From a bacterium (GTDB lineage Bacteria > Zhuqueibacterota > Zhuqueibacteria > Residuimicrobiales > Krinioviventaceae), in the NCBI GenBank assembly GCA_963674595.2, contig CAXXFV010000023.1:1-64000 (forward strand): DNA of 64,000 nucleotides, written 5' to 3'. Numbering within the stretch: position 1 is the first letter of the stretch; each line of letters begins with the position of its first letter. Under the pieces are notes generated by a model that saw nothing but the letters and a program-made list of their open reading frames with translations, did not search any database and was not told the origin of the DNA. Of the stretch, positions 38,431-47,959 are shown piece by piece. Both the position numbers and the translations under genes were made by a program.

Positions 38431-41106
38431 ATGTTACATGTTAAACGGTTATTACCTTTATCGATAATCGGTTTTCTTTTAGTTGCAAGTAATTTTGTTC
38501 TTGCACAAAGAATTGTTAACGTCGATCCGGGTTTTGAGACATTAAACAAAGCGATAGACGAAGATACGACCGCCACAGGAGAACGGGTAGATTTGAACAC
38601 CGTGTATGTACTTGAAAGAGGTGGATTGTATTTGTTAAACGGTACGATAGAAAATCGTTTTCCTTTAAAAATCCATGCAGCCGAGGGAGAGGGAGCACGC
38701 CCGATCCTTCAGCCGGCAGTGGTATCCGGAGGAGTATCGGACTTGCCGTTTACCCCACGTGATGATCTGGAGATCAAAGGCTTGTATGTAACGGGAGAAG
38801 ATGAATTGGGTGGATTGAATTCCCGAATTATACGTGTCCGTGGAGATTCGGCACGAATAGCAATAGATGATTGTCATCTGGATAAATCGAGTCAGGCAGG
38901 ATTTCGAATTGATACGGATTGGACGCGGTTGATCTTGACGAATACGATCATCAGTAACATAGGCGAAACTGTAAGTCCGAACAATGGACGAGGAATTGAT
39001 GATCGCGGGAATGACATCGATTCGTTGGTTGTGGAAAATTGTACCTGGTACAATTTGACAAGCCGGGCGGTTCGCGATGATGGCGGCGTTATCAACTATG
39101 CCAGGTTTAATCATAACACGTTTGTTAACCTTGGACAACGTGTTGTGACATTTGGGCCGACAAACACGGCGATATTCACGAATAACATGGTCGTGAATGG
39201 CGGATACTATGGCAACAAGATGCTGGTAGAGGAAGAACTGGCGAATGTAGTGATTGATCCGGGTGATGCGGTAGAGCAGGTTCGTGACATCCGCAATAAC
39301 AACTTTTATTTTGATCCGGCCCTGGCAGGTGCTTTTCCTGATACGGTAGCTGCAATGCCGAATTTTGGAGCGACGGCCCAGGCAGCTATTAATGCGGCTG
39401 GTGCAGGCAGTACGATTTTGGCGGAAGCAATTACATTTACCAATGGTCCTGCCACACCAACAGAAGTTATGACATCCTGGTATACGAATCCGGGCGCCGA
39501 GATACAACCGGATTTGGATACATCCGGTGAACCTTTTGATTTTTCCTATCCAACATCATCAGCTTCTTATACAGGCGCTACATCAAACCAACCTATCGGT
39601 TCTCTTGTATGGTTTGATATGGAAATAATTCCAACTCCGCCTTTTGTTCCTGAACCTCGTTATGTCCAGGTCGATCCGGGTTTTGAGACATTAAACAAAG
39701 CGATAGACGAAGATACGACCGCCACAGGAGAACGGGTAGATTTGAACACCGTGTATGTACTTGAAAGAGGTGGATTGTATTTGTTAAACGGTACGATAGA
39801 AAATCGTTTTCCTTTAAAAATCCATGCAGCCGAGGGAGAGGGAGCACGCCCGATCCTTCAGCCGGCAGTGGTATCCGGAGGAGTATCGGACTTGCCGTTT
39901 ACCCCACGTGATGATCTGGAGATCAAAGGCTTGTATGTAACGGGAGAAGATGAATTGGGTGGATTGAATTCCCGAATTATACGTGTCCGTGGAGATTCGG
40001 CACGAATAGCAATAGATGATTGTCATCTGGATAAATCGAGTCAGGCAGGATTTCGAATTGATACGGATTGGACGCGGTTGATCTTGACGAATACGATCAT
40101 CAGTAACATAGGCGAAACTGTAAGTCCGAACAATGGACGAGGAATTGATGATCGCGGGAATGACATCGATTCGTTGGTTGTGGAAAATTGTACCTGGTAC
40201 AATTTGACAAGCCGGGCGGTTCGCGATGATGGCGGCGTTATCAACTATGCCAGGTTTAATCATAACACGTTTGTTAACCTTGGACAACGTGTTGTGACAT
40301 TTGGGCCGACAAACACGGCGATATTCACGAATAACATGGTCGTGAATGGCGGATACTATGGCAACAAGATGCTGGTAGAGGAAGAACTGGCGAATGTAGT
40401 GATTGATCCGGGTGATGCGGCAGAGCAGGTTCGTGACATCCGCAATAACAACTTTTATTTTGATCCGGCCCTGGCAGGTGCTTTTCCTGATACGGTAGCT
40501 GCAATGCCGAATTTTGGAGCGACGGCCCAGGCAGCTATTAATGCGGCTGGTGCAGGCAGTACGATTTTGGCGGAAGCAATTACATTTACCAATGGTCCTG
40601 CCACACCAACAGAAGTTATGACATCCTGGTATACGAATCCGGGCGCCGAGATACAGCCGGATTTGGATACATCCGGTGAACCTTTTGATTTTTCCTATGC
40701 CACAACAACAGCTTCCTATACAGGTTCTACAGCCGGTCAACCTCTTGGATCACTGGTCTGGTTTGATATGGACATTATAACCTCAGTAGAAAACCAGAAT
40801 CCTTTTGATTCCGTAACAGATTTGCCTTCAACTTATAATCTCGTTGGCAACTATCCAAACCCATTTAATCCTACAACGGAAATTGTTTATAATGTTGCTC
40901 AACCCGGTAATGTCCGATTAACGGTTTATAATTACCTGGGACAAAAAGTGGCAACACTTGTTGATAAACATCAGGCGAGCGGTTCCTACCAGGTTACATG
41001 GAACGGTCTTGATGACAGCGGACGCCAAATGTCTTCAGGACTCTATTTTTATCGCTTTGAAGCAAATAATTTCCAACAAACCAAAAAAATGATTTTAATG
41101 AAATAA
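38431..41106 (+). CDS. Secreted protein with two tandem beta-helix-like domains and a C-terminal secretion (T9SS-like/FlgD-Ig) domain
   Basis: Signal peptide; Asn-rich beta-helix-type strands (VENCTWYN, NHNTFVN, TNNMVVN); C-terminal NYPNPFNPTT...WNG.D..G...SSGLYFY...KKMILMK. Confidence 0.85.
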   Translation: MLHVKRLLPLSIIGFLLVASNFVLAQRIVNVDPGFETLNKAIDEDTTATGERVDLNTVYVLERGGLYLLNGTIENRFPLKIHAAEGEGARPILQPAVVSGGVSDLPFTPRDDLEIKGLYVTGEDELGGLNSRIIRVRGDSARIAIDDCHLDKSSQAGFRIDTDWTRLILTNTIISNIGETVSPNNGRGIDDRGNDIDSLVVENCTWYNLTSRAVRDDGGVINYARFNHNTFVNLGQRVVTFGPTNTAIFTNNMVVNGGYYGNKMLVEEELANVVIDPGDAVEQVRDIRNNNFYFDPALAGAFPDTVAAMPNFGATAQAAINAAGAGSTILAEAITFTNGPATPTEVMTSWYTNPGAEIQPDLDTSGEPFDFSYPTSSASYTGATSNQPIGSLVWFDMEIIPTPPFVPEPRYVQVDPGFETLNKAIDEDTTATGERVDLNTVYVLERGGLYLLNGTIENRFPLKIHAAEGEGARPILQPAVVSGGVSDLPFTPRDDLEIKGLYVTGEDELGGLNSRIIRVRGDSARIAIDDCHLDKSSQAGFRIDTDWTRLILTNTIISNIGETVSPNNGRGIDDRGNDIDSLVVENCTWYNLTSRAVRDDGGVINYARFNHNTFVNLGQRVVTFGPTNTAIFTNNMVVNGGYYGNKMLVEEELANVVIDPGDAAEQVRDIRNNNFYFDPALAGAFPDTVAAMPNFGATAQAAINAAGAGSTILAEAITFTNGPATPTEVMTSWYTNPGAEIQPDLDTSGEPFDFSYATTTASYTGSTAGQPLGSLVWFDMDIITSVENQNPFDSVTDLPSTYNLVGNYPNPFNPTTEIVYNVAQPGNVRLTVYNYLGQKVATLVDKHQASGSYQVTWNGLDDSGRQMSSGLYFYRFEANNFQQTKKMILMK
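38521..40698 (+). repeat. Intragenic direct repeat: 38521-39549 and 39670-40698 (1029 bp each, period 1149 bp)
   Basis: The copies read identical except two positions seen by eye (39272 T/40421 C; 39507 A/40656 G). Confidence 0.95.
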
Positions 41107-41119
41107 CATGTTTGTTTAT

Positions 41120-41158
41120 ACCATGCCGGATGTTTTTACATTCGGCATGGTTCCTTTT
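41120..41158 (+). terminator. Hairpin / probable intrinsic terminator
   Basis: ACCATGCCGGATGT-loop-ACATTCGGCATGGT followed by TCCTTTT. Confidence 0.75.
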
Positions 41159-41285
41159 AATGTTTAGGTACCGGGTATTGAAAAACCCGTTTTAGAAAGA
41201 CCAGGAAATGTTGTCAAATGTTTGCACGGGGACGTCATTATATATGCCTTGTTATAAACGGCATAAACAGATCGGAGTTTGAAAA

Positions 41286-43823
41286 TTGAAACATAAGAAA
41301 AGTTACTGTTTTAGTAAGGAAGGTTGGCTGTTTTTATTCCTGGTTGGCTTGCTTTTTATTAATGTTTGTTTCAGTTTTTCAAAACAGCTTGATAACAACA
41401 TAATGTATCGTTTTGATGCCGGAATGGATTCCTGTACATCTCGTACGGATATTACTATTTCCCCGGATGATTTATATCATCCCGCAAAAGGGTATGGTTG
41501 GACAAATCCTCCTTTAACCACATTCCACCGTTCACAATTAAAAAGGTCCCGTAATTCATTCACCATTGATGGAGTAACGGCAAAGAATGTTGCCTTTCGT
41601 GCTGACGTACAGCCCGGAATATGGCATTTTTTACTGTGGATGGAATCCGGGATTGAAGATTCCTGCACGGCCCTTTTGGTTGTCAATGAAAAGTCTGTTC
41701 CGCTTGGCTGGCATAGTTTTTCAAAATCAGCCGAACCACCTACCCGGTTAAAAAAAACATATCGTTTTTTTCAGCAGGCATTTGATGTAACAGAGCAATC
41801 ATTTTCGTTCCAAATGACAGGTGTGCAGGATTCGTTAAGAATATTGGGCTTTGCGCTTATTCCCGATAAAAAACCGCAAACGGAAATTGAAAACCGGCTT
41901 TTTGAGAAAATTAGCCAGGCCGGACGTTATAAGTCTGATTTGTCCTTATCCTCGCTTTTGACAGAGTTTGAAAAGTTAAAAACAAAAAATCCTCTGGACC
42001 CTTTTTACGGCTATTGGTATGAACAGATTTTTCATCTTTTATCCGCTGAAAAATTGATCAATATGAAGGGCTGGGAATGGGCCATGGAACAAACCGGGCT
42101 CGGCATTTTCCCGCGTTATTATCAATGTGTTATGTTGTTGGACGGGATTTTAAACAATAATGTTGATAATTCCCCGCTGTTTGAAAGGGCGCTTTGGTAC
42201 CGTGGTAAAATATTATACTGGCTGGTTCAGGAAGGAAGTGGCGCCGGTTCCCGTATACAATATATTAAAGATCTTTCCTGTTTGAAAAATAAATATCCGA
42301 ATGATCCTGTACTGAAAATGTATCTTGGTGAACAGGTCCCCACTCCTGCATTGTGCGATACCTTAAAGCCTGGTCCGGATGTTCCGGACTGGGCTTATTG
42401 GCAGTACCGGGTTTTGTGTAAAATGCAAAATATTGCACATTGGTGGGTAAACGAAGCTCAGGCGGACAATGGTGAACTTGGCGGCAAATTGGGTGATGAT
42501 GTTGAGATTCTCAGATGGTGGTCAACTTTATTGGTAATGGGGGATAAAACCGTCATCAAAGGCTGGAAAAAATTAGCCGATTGTGTGTGGACTCATCCTA
42601 AAACATATAACGGATATTCGGCCCGGCCGCTGGATGTTGAACATGCGGCCGAATACATTGCTGATTCAGCGCCCCAGTTGCCTCTTGTGTTGGATGACAG
42701 CATTTATACAAATCGTTTGAAATTTTCCGCAGATTATTTTGATACGTTATGGACCGGGTTCAATAATAACAAAAACCGGTTTTTCCGTTCAGCATGGTTC
42801 AGTTCTACAAAAGTTTTGTCGGAACCTCCGCGAAACCGAGATGTGGATTATAACGCCCGTGCCGTTAAAGCGGTCCGTTACTGGGCATGGCTGAAAAACG
42901 ATCCCCGGATCATTCAATCGTTATATGAATGGTCAAGCTCCTGGGCAACGGTATCCATGCAAACTGACAAAGGAAAACCAAAAGGTCTTGTGCCTGTTTC
43001 TGTTCGCTTTCCTGATGAAATGGTTAATGGAGAGGTCCCGGATTGGTACAGTACAAATATGTACTGGGGGTACTTTAACTGGAAACACCATGCCGGGGCC
43101 ATGGTTTTGGATCAGTTATTATTTTCCTATATGATGAGTAAAGACGATTTTTTGTTACAACCACTGAATACAACTCTTGTACTTTTACAGAAATATTTAG
43201 CAAAACCGCCGATAAATCCGGAATATGGTTCGGAGCAATGGGCTGTTGACGTACTTTATTCAAACGGCTTTTTTTGGAACGTTGCTTCTGAGTGGAGGCT
43301 TGTAACCGATGATCCTCGGTTTGATGAATTGTTTCTCAAATATGGTCCGCCTTTTATCCGATATTATCTGACAGGACAAGAAGAGCTTCTTGTCAATCAT
43401 CTGAGGGAAATGGATGAAAAATTATCATATAATTTTCAAATGGTTACCTCTGAAGCAATGCATACGGACAGGGTCTATGTGCGCGGATATGAAGATGTAA
43501 AAGCCATGCTCACCGGTGATTTGGTCCACGAAAGCATGTCCCCCTATTATATCCTTACCTGGGAAAATACCCGATCCGGTTTTACGGCCTTTGTGAAAGA
43601 TTTTAAAAAGGATTATCTCAGGATAGAATCCTATAATTTTTTGCCTCAACAGCAAAAACCAACGATCCGATTATGGAATTTGGAACCCGGACGTTATGAA
43701 ATGGTGGTCCGTGTAAATGGCAATGAAAAACACCAGTTTTTCCAACATAAAGTAAAAGGAACGCGTGTATCGTTGGATTTATTGCCTCAGCTATTAACAG
43801 AAATAGTTATACAAAAACAGTAA
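41286..43823 (+). CDS. Large secreted hypothetical protein (N-terminal beta-sandwich, C-terminal helical/toroid-like domain)
   Basis: 845 aa ORF with signal-like N-terminus; YHPAKGYGW; QADNGELGGKLGDDVE motif; Trp-rich. Function not recognised. Confidence 0.65.
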   Translation: MKHKKSYCFSKEGWLFLFLVGLLFINVCFSFSKQLDNNIMYRFDAGMDSCTSRTDITISPDDLYHPAKGYGWTNPPLTTFHRSQLKRSRNSFTIDGVTAKNVAFRADVQPGIWHFLLWMESGIEDSCTALLVVNEKSVPLGWHSFSKSAEPPTRLKKTYRFFQQAFDVTEQSFSFQMTGVQDSLRILGFALIPDKKPQTEIENRLFEKISQAGRYKSDLSLSSLLTEFEKLKTKNPLDPFYGYWYEQIFHLLSAEKLINMKGWEWAMEQTGLGIFPRYYQCVMLLDGILNNNVDNSPLFERALWYRGKILYWLVQEGSGAGSRIQYIKDLSCLKNKYPNDPVLKMYLGEQVPTPALCDTLKPGPDVPDWAYWQYRVLCKMQNIAHWWVNEAQADNGELGGKLGDDVEILRWWSTLLVMGDKTVIKGWKKLADCVWTHPKTYNGYSARPLDVEHAAEYIADSAPQLPLVLDDSIYTNRLKFSADYFDTLWTGFNNNKNRFFRSAWFSSTKVLSEPPRNRDVDYNARAVKAVRYWAWLKNDPRIIQSLYEWSSSWATVSMQTDKGKPKGLVPVSVRFPDEMVNGEVPDWYSTNMYWGYFNWKHHAGAMVLDQLLFSYMMSKDDFLLQPLNTTLVLLQKYLAKPPINPEYGSEQWAVDVLYSNGFFWNVASEWRLVTDDPRFDELFLKYGPPFIRYYLTGQEELLVNHLREMDEKLSYNFQMVTSEAMHTDRVYVRGYEDVKAMLTGDLVHESMSPYYILTWENTRSGFTAFVKDFKKDYLRIESYNFLPQQQKPTIRLWNLEPGRYEMVVRVNGNEKHQFFQHKVKGTRVSLDLLPQLLTEIVIQKQ

Positions 43824-43842
43824 CATAAAAACAGGTTTAATT

Positions 43843-45600
43843 GTGCAGCTTTCTCTACCAGACTGGATTATAATTTTATCCTATGTATTGTTCACACTCG
43901 TTGTGGTTTTCTTTTATGTGAGGCGGGCCGGACGTGGGACTGACGAATTTTTTGCGGCCGGGCGTTCGCTGCCCTGGTGGCTGTTGGGTACTTCCATGGT
44001 TGCCACCACCTTTAGTACAGATACACCCAATTTAATTACAAATGTTATTCGTGAAAAGGGTGTTGCCGGCAATTGGATTTGGTGGTCCTTTTTGTTGACC
44101 GGTATGATGACGGTGTTTTTTTATGCCCGGTTATGGCGCCGCTCCCAGGTATTAACTGATTTGGAATTTTACGAAATCCGTTATTCCGGCACATCGGCGG
44201 CAATTGTTCGGGGTTTTCGGGCCCTTTATCTGGGATTGTTTTTTAACTGCGTTATTATGGCAACCGTTACCCTGGCTGCGGCAAAAATAGCCAATGTTTT
44301 GTTTGGTTGGTCACGGCTCGAAACGGTCATTTATGGCTCTATTGCCGCTGTTGTGTTTACCGCGCTATCCGGATTATGGGGTGTGGTTGTAACGGACCTT
44401 ATCCAGTTTATTATGGCAATGACCGGCGCCGTTGCAGCAGCTTATTTTGCTTTACAGCACGAGGCTGTCGGAGGCCTGGACGGGCTTGTATCTAAACTTG
44501 ATCCGCAGACATTACAGCTTTTACCGGATTTTGGTAACTGGGAGCTTGTTGTTACGGTCCTTATTATTCCCTTGACGATTCAATGGTGGTCGGTGTGGTA
44601 CCCCGGTGCGGAACCCGGCGGCGGCAGTTATATTGCGCAGAGAATGCTGGCGGCCAAAGATGAAAAACATGCCTTTAAAGCGACGTTGTGGTTCAATATT
44701 GCCCACAATTGTTTGCGTCCCTGGCCGTGGATTATTGTGGCCCTGGCCTCCATGCTGGTGTTCCCGGAACTATCGGATATACAAAAAATGTTTCCACACG
44801 CTGCGGCTGACCTTATCGGCCATGATATGGCCTATCCGGCCATGCTTGTGTTTCTGCCGACCGGATTTAAAGGGATAATGGTTGCTTCTTTATGTGCCGC
44901 CTATTTGTCCACTATGGATACCAGTTTAAACTGGGGAGCATCCTATCTTGTTCATGATTTTTACAGACGATTTATGCAAAAACAAAGGACGGAACGGCAC
45001 TATGTCAAAGTGTCCCGGTTTGTCACCTGCGGCCTCATGATCATCACTGCCGGTATTACATTTTTGCTTGTATCGGCCCGCGAAAGTTTTCAACTGTTGT
45101 TATCCATAGGCGCCGGAACAGGTTTGATCTATCTGTTGAGATGGTTCTGGTGGCGGATTAATGCCTGGTCAGAGATCGCTGCCATGACAGGTTCTTTTAT
45201 TTGTTCTATTGTTTTGTTTTTTATAAATAAATCAGGCCATGCCATCCCTTCTCATATTTCGCTGATCATAACCGTTTTTTTTACAACATTAATCTGGTAT
45301 TTAGTGACGCTGCTGACAAAACCGGATTCCCAGGAAACATTGGAACGTTTTTACAAACTGGTCCGTCCTTTTGGATCCGGCTGGAAAATGATCCGTGAAA
45401 AAAGTAATTTACCACCGTCTCCGGATAGCCTGCCTCATTGTTTTTTAGGCTGGATTTTGGGTTGTGTTTTCGTCTATTCCGCATTGTTCGGGACCGGACA
45501 TATTGTCTATGGTCAATATTGGCAGGCAGGCGTTTTTGCTGTTGTTACGCTTTCAAGTGGTATCGGTTTGGGCTGGTTGTTACCGAAAATTTTAAAATGA
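43843..45600 (+). CDS. Sodium:solute symporter family protein
   Basis: EFFAAGRSLPWW, SMVATTFSTDTP, TDLIQF, GGGSYIAQRMLAAKDE. Confidence 0.92.
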   Translation: MQLSLPDWIIILSYVLFTLVVVFFYVRRAGRGTDEFFAAGRSLPWWLLGTSMVATTFSTDTPNLITNVIREKGVAGNWIWWSFLLTGMMTVFFYARLWRRSQVLTDLEFYEIRYSGTSAAIVRGFRALYLGLFFNCVIMATVTLAAAKIANVLFGWSRLETVIYGSIAAVVFTALSGLWGVVVTDLIQFIMAMTGAVAAAYFALQHEAVGGLDGLVSKLDPQTLQLLPDFGNWELVVTVLIIPLTIQWWSVWYPGAEPGGGSYIAQRMLAAKDEKHAFKATLWFNIAHNCLRPWPWIIVALASMLVFPELSDIQKMFPHAAADLIGHDMAYPAMLVFLPTGFKGIMVASLCAAYLSTMDTSLNWGASYLVHDFYRRFMQKQRTERHYVKVSRFVTCGLMIITAGITFLLVSARESFQLLLSIGAGTGLIYLLRWFWWRINAWSEIAAMTGSFICSIVLFFINKSGHAIPSHISLIITVFFTTLIWYLVTLLTKPDSQETLERFYKLVRPFGSGWKMIREKSNLPPSPDSLPHCFLGWILGCVFVYSALFGTGHIVYGQYWQAGVFAVVTLSSGIGLGWLLPKILK

Positions 45601-45615
45601 TATGTGGATTTTTAA

Positions 45616-46686
45616 ATGACATCAAAAGAACGAGTATTAGCCGCTGTTAATCACAGGGAATCGGACCGGGTCCCCATTACCTTTGACGCTGAAATGGAAG
45701 TGTATATAAATTTATTCAAATCCCTGGGTATTAATACCCGTGAAGAATTATTTGATTTTCTTAATGTTGACACCTGGATGATTTTGCCTGAAAATTTTAT
45801 CTATCCAAAGGACCAGGAAAATTTGATGACAAAAACATCGATATGGGGGTTTCGGACAAAAAATACCTTTTATAGCGGCGGCAGTTATGATGAATTGTCA
45901 TGGTCTCCCCTGGCAGGGGAAAATGATATTGATGATATAAAAAAATTTCCGTGGCCGTCTGATGATGCGTTAGGTTTTTCCGGATTTCCTGCTGAAATTG
46001 ATCTTTATAAACAACGGGCCATTATCGGCGTGTTTACCTGGGGCGCTTATTTTATTGCCACCCATGTGCGCGGCATTGAAAATTTAATGCTCGATTTTGC
46101 CCTGAATAAAAAATATGCCCACTATTTAATCGATACCATTGCGGACCGTTCCTTGTTTTTTTTGGAAAAAATGTTGAACGAATATGGTGATGGGATTGAT
46201 ATCGTTTACATGGCGGACGATTATTGTTCGCAAATCGGACCCTTTTTTAGTCCGGACAATTTTACAGAATTTGTCGTACCCTATCTTTCCAAGTTAGTGG
46301 AAACGGTACACAAACATGATAAAAAATTTCTGCTGCACGTGTGCGGCGCGGTCCGGCCTTTACTGCCGATGATTATTGATGCCGGTGTGGATATGCTGGA
46401 GCCGATTCAAACACGGGCACAGGGCATGGGGCCCGAAGGACTGAAACAGGACTTTGGCAAAGATATCTGTTTTTATGGGGGAATGGATTTGCAGCATATC
46501 CTTTGTCATGGTACAGAACAGCAGGTCGCTGAAGAAGCGCGATTCCTGATTGATGTGCTGGGTAAAGACGGCGGTTATATATTTGGTCCCGGTCATACAT
46601 ATATTCAGGTGGATGCGCCGTTGGAAAATATTTTGACAATGTATAAAACAGCTTATTCCTATCGCCCCCATTCGGTGAACAAGTAA
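45616..46686 (+). CDS. Uroporphyrinogen decarboxylase superfamily protein (MtaA/CmuA-like)
   Basis: MTSKERV.AA..H.E.DRVP, RGIENLM.D, ADD, HVCG, FYGG.D.Q, GGYIFGPGH. Confidence 0.85.
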   Translation: MTSKERVLAAVNHRESDRVPITFDAEMEVYINLFKSLGINTREELFDFLNVDTWMILPENFIYPKDQENLMTKTSIWGFRTKNTFYSGGSYDELSWSPLAGENDIDDIKKFPWPSDDALGFSGFPAEIDLYKQRAIIGVFTWGAYFIATHVRGIENLMLDFALNKKYAHYLIDTIADRSLFFLEKMLNEYGDGIDIVYMADDYCSQIGPFFSPDNFTEFVVPYLSKLVETVHKHDKKFLLHVCGAVRPLLPMIIDAGVDMLEPIQTRAQGMGPEGLKQDFGKDICFYGGMDLQHILCHGTEQQVAEEARFLIDVLGKDGGYIFGPGHTYIQVDAPLENILTMYKTAYSYRPHSVNK

Positions 46687-46697
46687 AAGGAGATTCT

Positions 46698-47945
46698 ATG
46701 GAAAACATGTCTGTTAAAACAAAACTGGCCCTGTTTTTTGCATCTATTGCACCCGGCATTTTTATGATTGGTTATAATATCGGGACCGGCAGCATTACAA
46801 CAATGGCTTCGGCCGGAGCAAAATATGGAATGACCCTGATATGGCCGTTGCTGCTGTCCTGTATTTTTACCTTTATTCTGATTTTTACTTTTGGACGATA
46901 CACAGCGGTTACCGGTGATACGGCGCTATACAGTTTTAAAAAATATTTTGGCAAGCCCTGGGCAATTTTTGTACTTATTTCTTTACTATTCAGCGAATGG
47001 GTGTCCTGTATGGGTGTGATGGGCATTGTTGTGCAGGTGGTTCAGGAATGGTCCCGACCACTGACAAGTTCCGGAAACGGATTTAACACGATTATTCTGG
47101 CTATGATTTTTGGTGCCATATTATATTTGATGTTTTTAAAAGGGCAGCATCAGTTTTTTGAAAAAATTCTGGGCGTTTTTGTTGCTATTATGGGCTTATC
47201 GTTCATCTTTACCATGTTTATGGTTATCCCGGACCCTGTGCAGGTATTAAAGGGCCTGGTACCCAGAATGCCAAAAGAATCCAATGCCGCTTTGTTAATG
47301 GCCGGTATGGTGGGAACAACAATGGGCGGGATTTTGTATGTCGTCCGGTCTATTTTAGTGCAGGAGAAGGGATGGACCGTTAAAGACCTGAAAACGGAAA
47401 AAAGAGACGCCTTTATTTCTTCATCAATCATGTTCCTTCTAAGTGTGGCTATTATGGCCTGTGCCGCCGGAACGTTATATCCACGGGGACTGGTTGTGGA
47501 AAACGCTATTGATATGGTCAAACTTTTGGAACCTCTTGCCGGACGGTTTGCCATTTCCATATTTGTGGCCGGCATTGTCAGCGCCGGATTGTCATCTCTG
47601 TTTCCCATTATCTTACTCGCGCCCTGGTTGTTTGCCGATTATAATAATAAACCCAGAAATTTGCGTTCCCTCAGTTCAAAACTACTGGTTTTGTTTGGTG
47701 TGCTGTTGGGACTGGTTGTGCCGATTTTTGGCGGCCGACCGGTCCTGGTGATGATTGTTGCCATGGCCCTGGCCGCAGTGGCCACACCGGTTGTGGTGTT
47801 GTTGATGACAATTTTAATCAATCGAAAAAAATTAATGGGTGAGCATACCGCCTCTGCAGGTTTGAATATATGGTTATGGCTTATTTTTATCTTTACGGTC
47901 TTTACGGCTGTTATCGGTATAATCGGTATTGCCGGACTCGTTTAA
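46698..47945 (+). CDS. Nramp/MntH-like (YcsG-type) membrane transporter
   Basis: PGIF..GYNIGTGSITT.A.AGA.YG..L.W, GMVGTT; ~11 TM segments. Confidence 0.78.
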   Translation: MENMSVKTKLALFFASIAPGIFMIGYNIGTGSITTMASAGAKYGMTLIWPLLLSCIFTFILIFTFGRYTAVTGDTALYSFKKYFGKPWAIFVLISLLFSEWVSCMGVMGIVVQVVQEWSRPLTSSGNGFNTIILAMIFGAILYLMFLKGQHQFFEKILGVFVAIMGLSFIFTMFMVIPDPVQVLKGLVPRMPKESNAALLMAGMVGTTMGGILYVVRSILVQEKGWTVKDLKTEKRDAFISSSIMFLLSVAIMACAAGTLYPRGLVVENAIDMVKLLEPLAGRFAISIFVAGIVSAGLSSLFPIILLAPWLFADYNNKPRNLRSLSSKLLVLFGVLLGLVVPIFGGRPVLVMIVAMALAAVATPVVVLLMTILINRKKLMGEHTASAGLNIWLWLIFIFTVFTAVIGIIGIAGLV

Positions 47946-47959
47946 AAATGGAGGAATGA

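Noticed and set aside
38521-40698. Possible diversity-generating retroelement TR/VR pair or CRISPR-like repeat
   Set aside because: Only two differences over 1 kb, both copies are coding domains, and there is no reverse transcriptase, cas gene or spacer structure.
38665-40740. Long antisense ORFs (280 aa and 308 aa) inside the duplicated gene
   Set aside because: Shadow frames of the sense CDS, duplicated only because the DNA is duplicated; no RBS or recognisable motifs.
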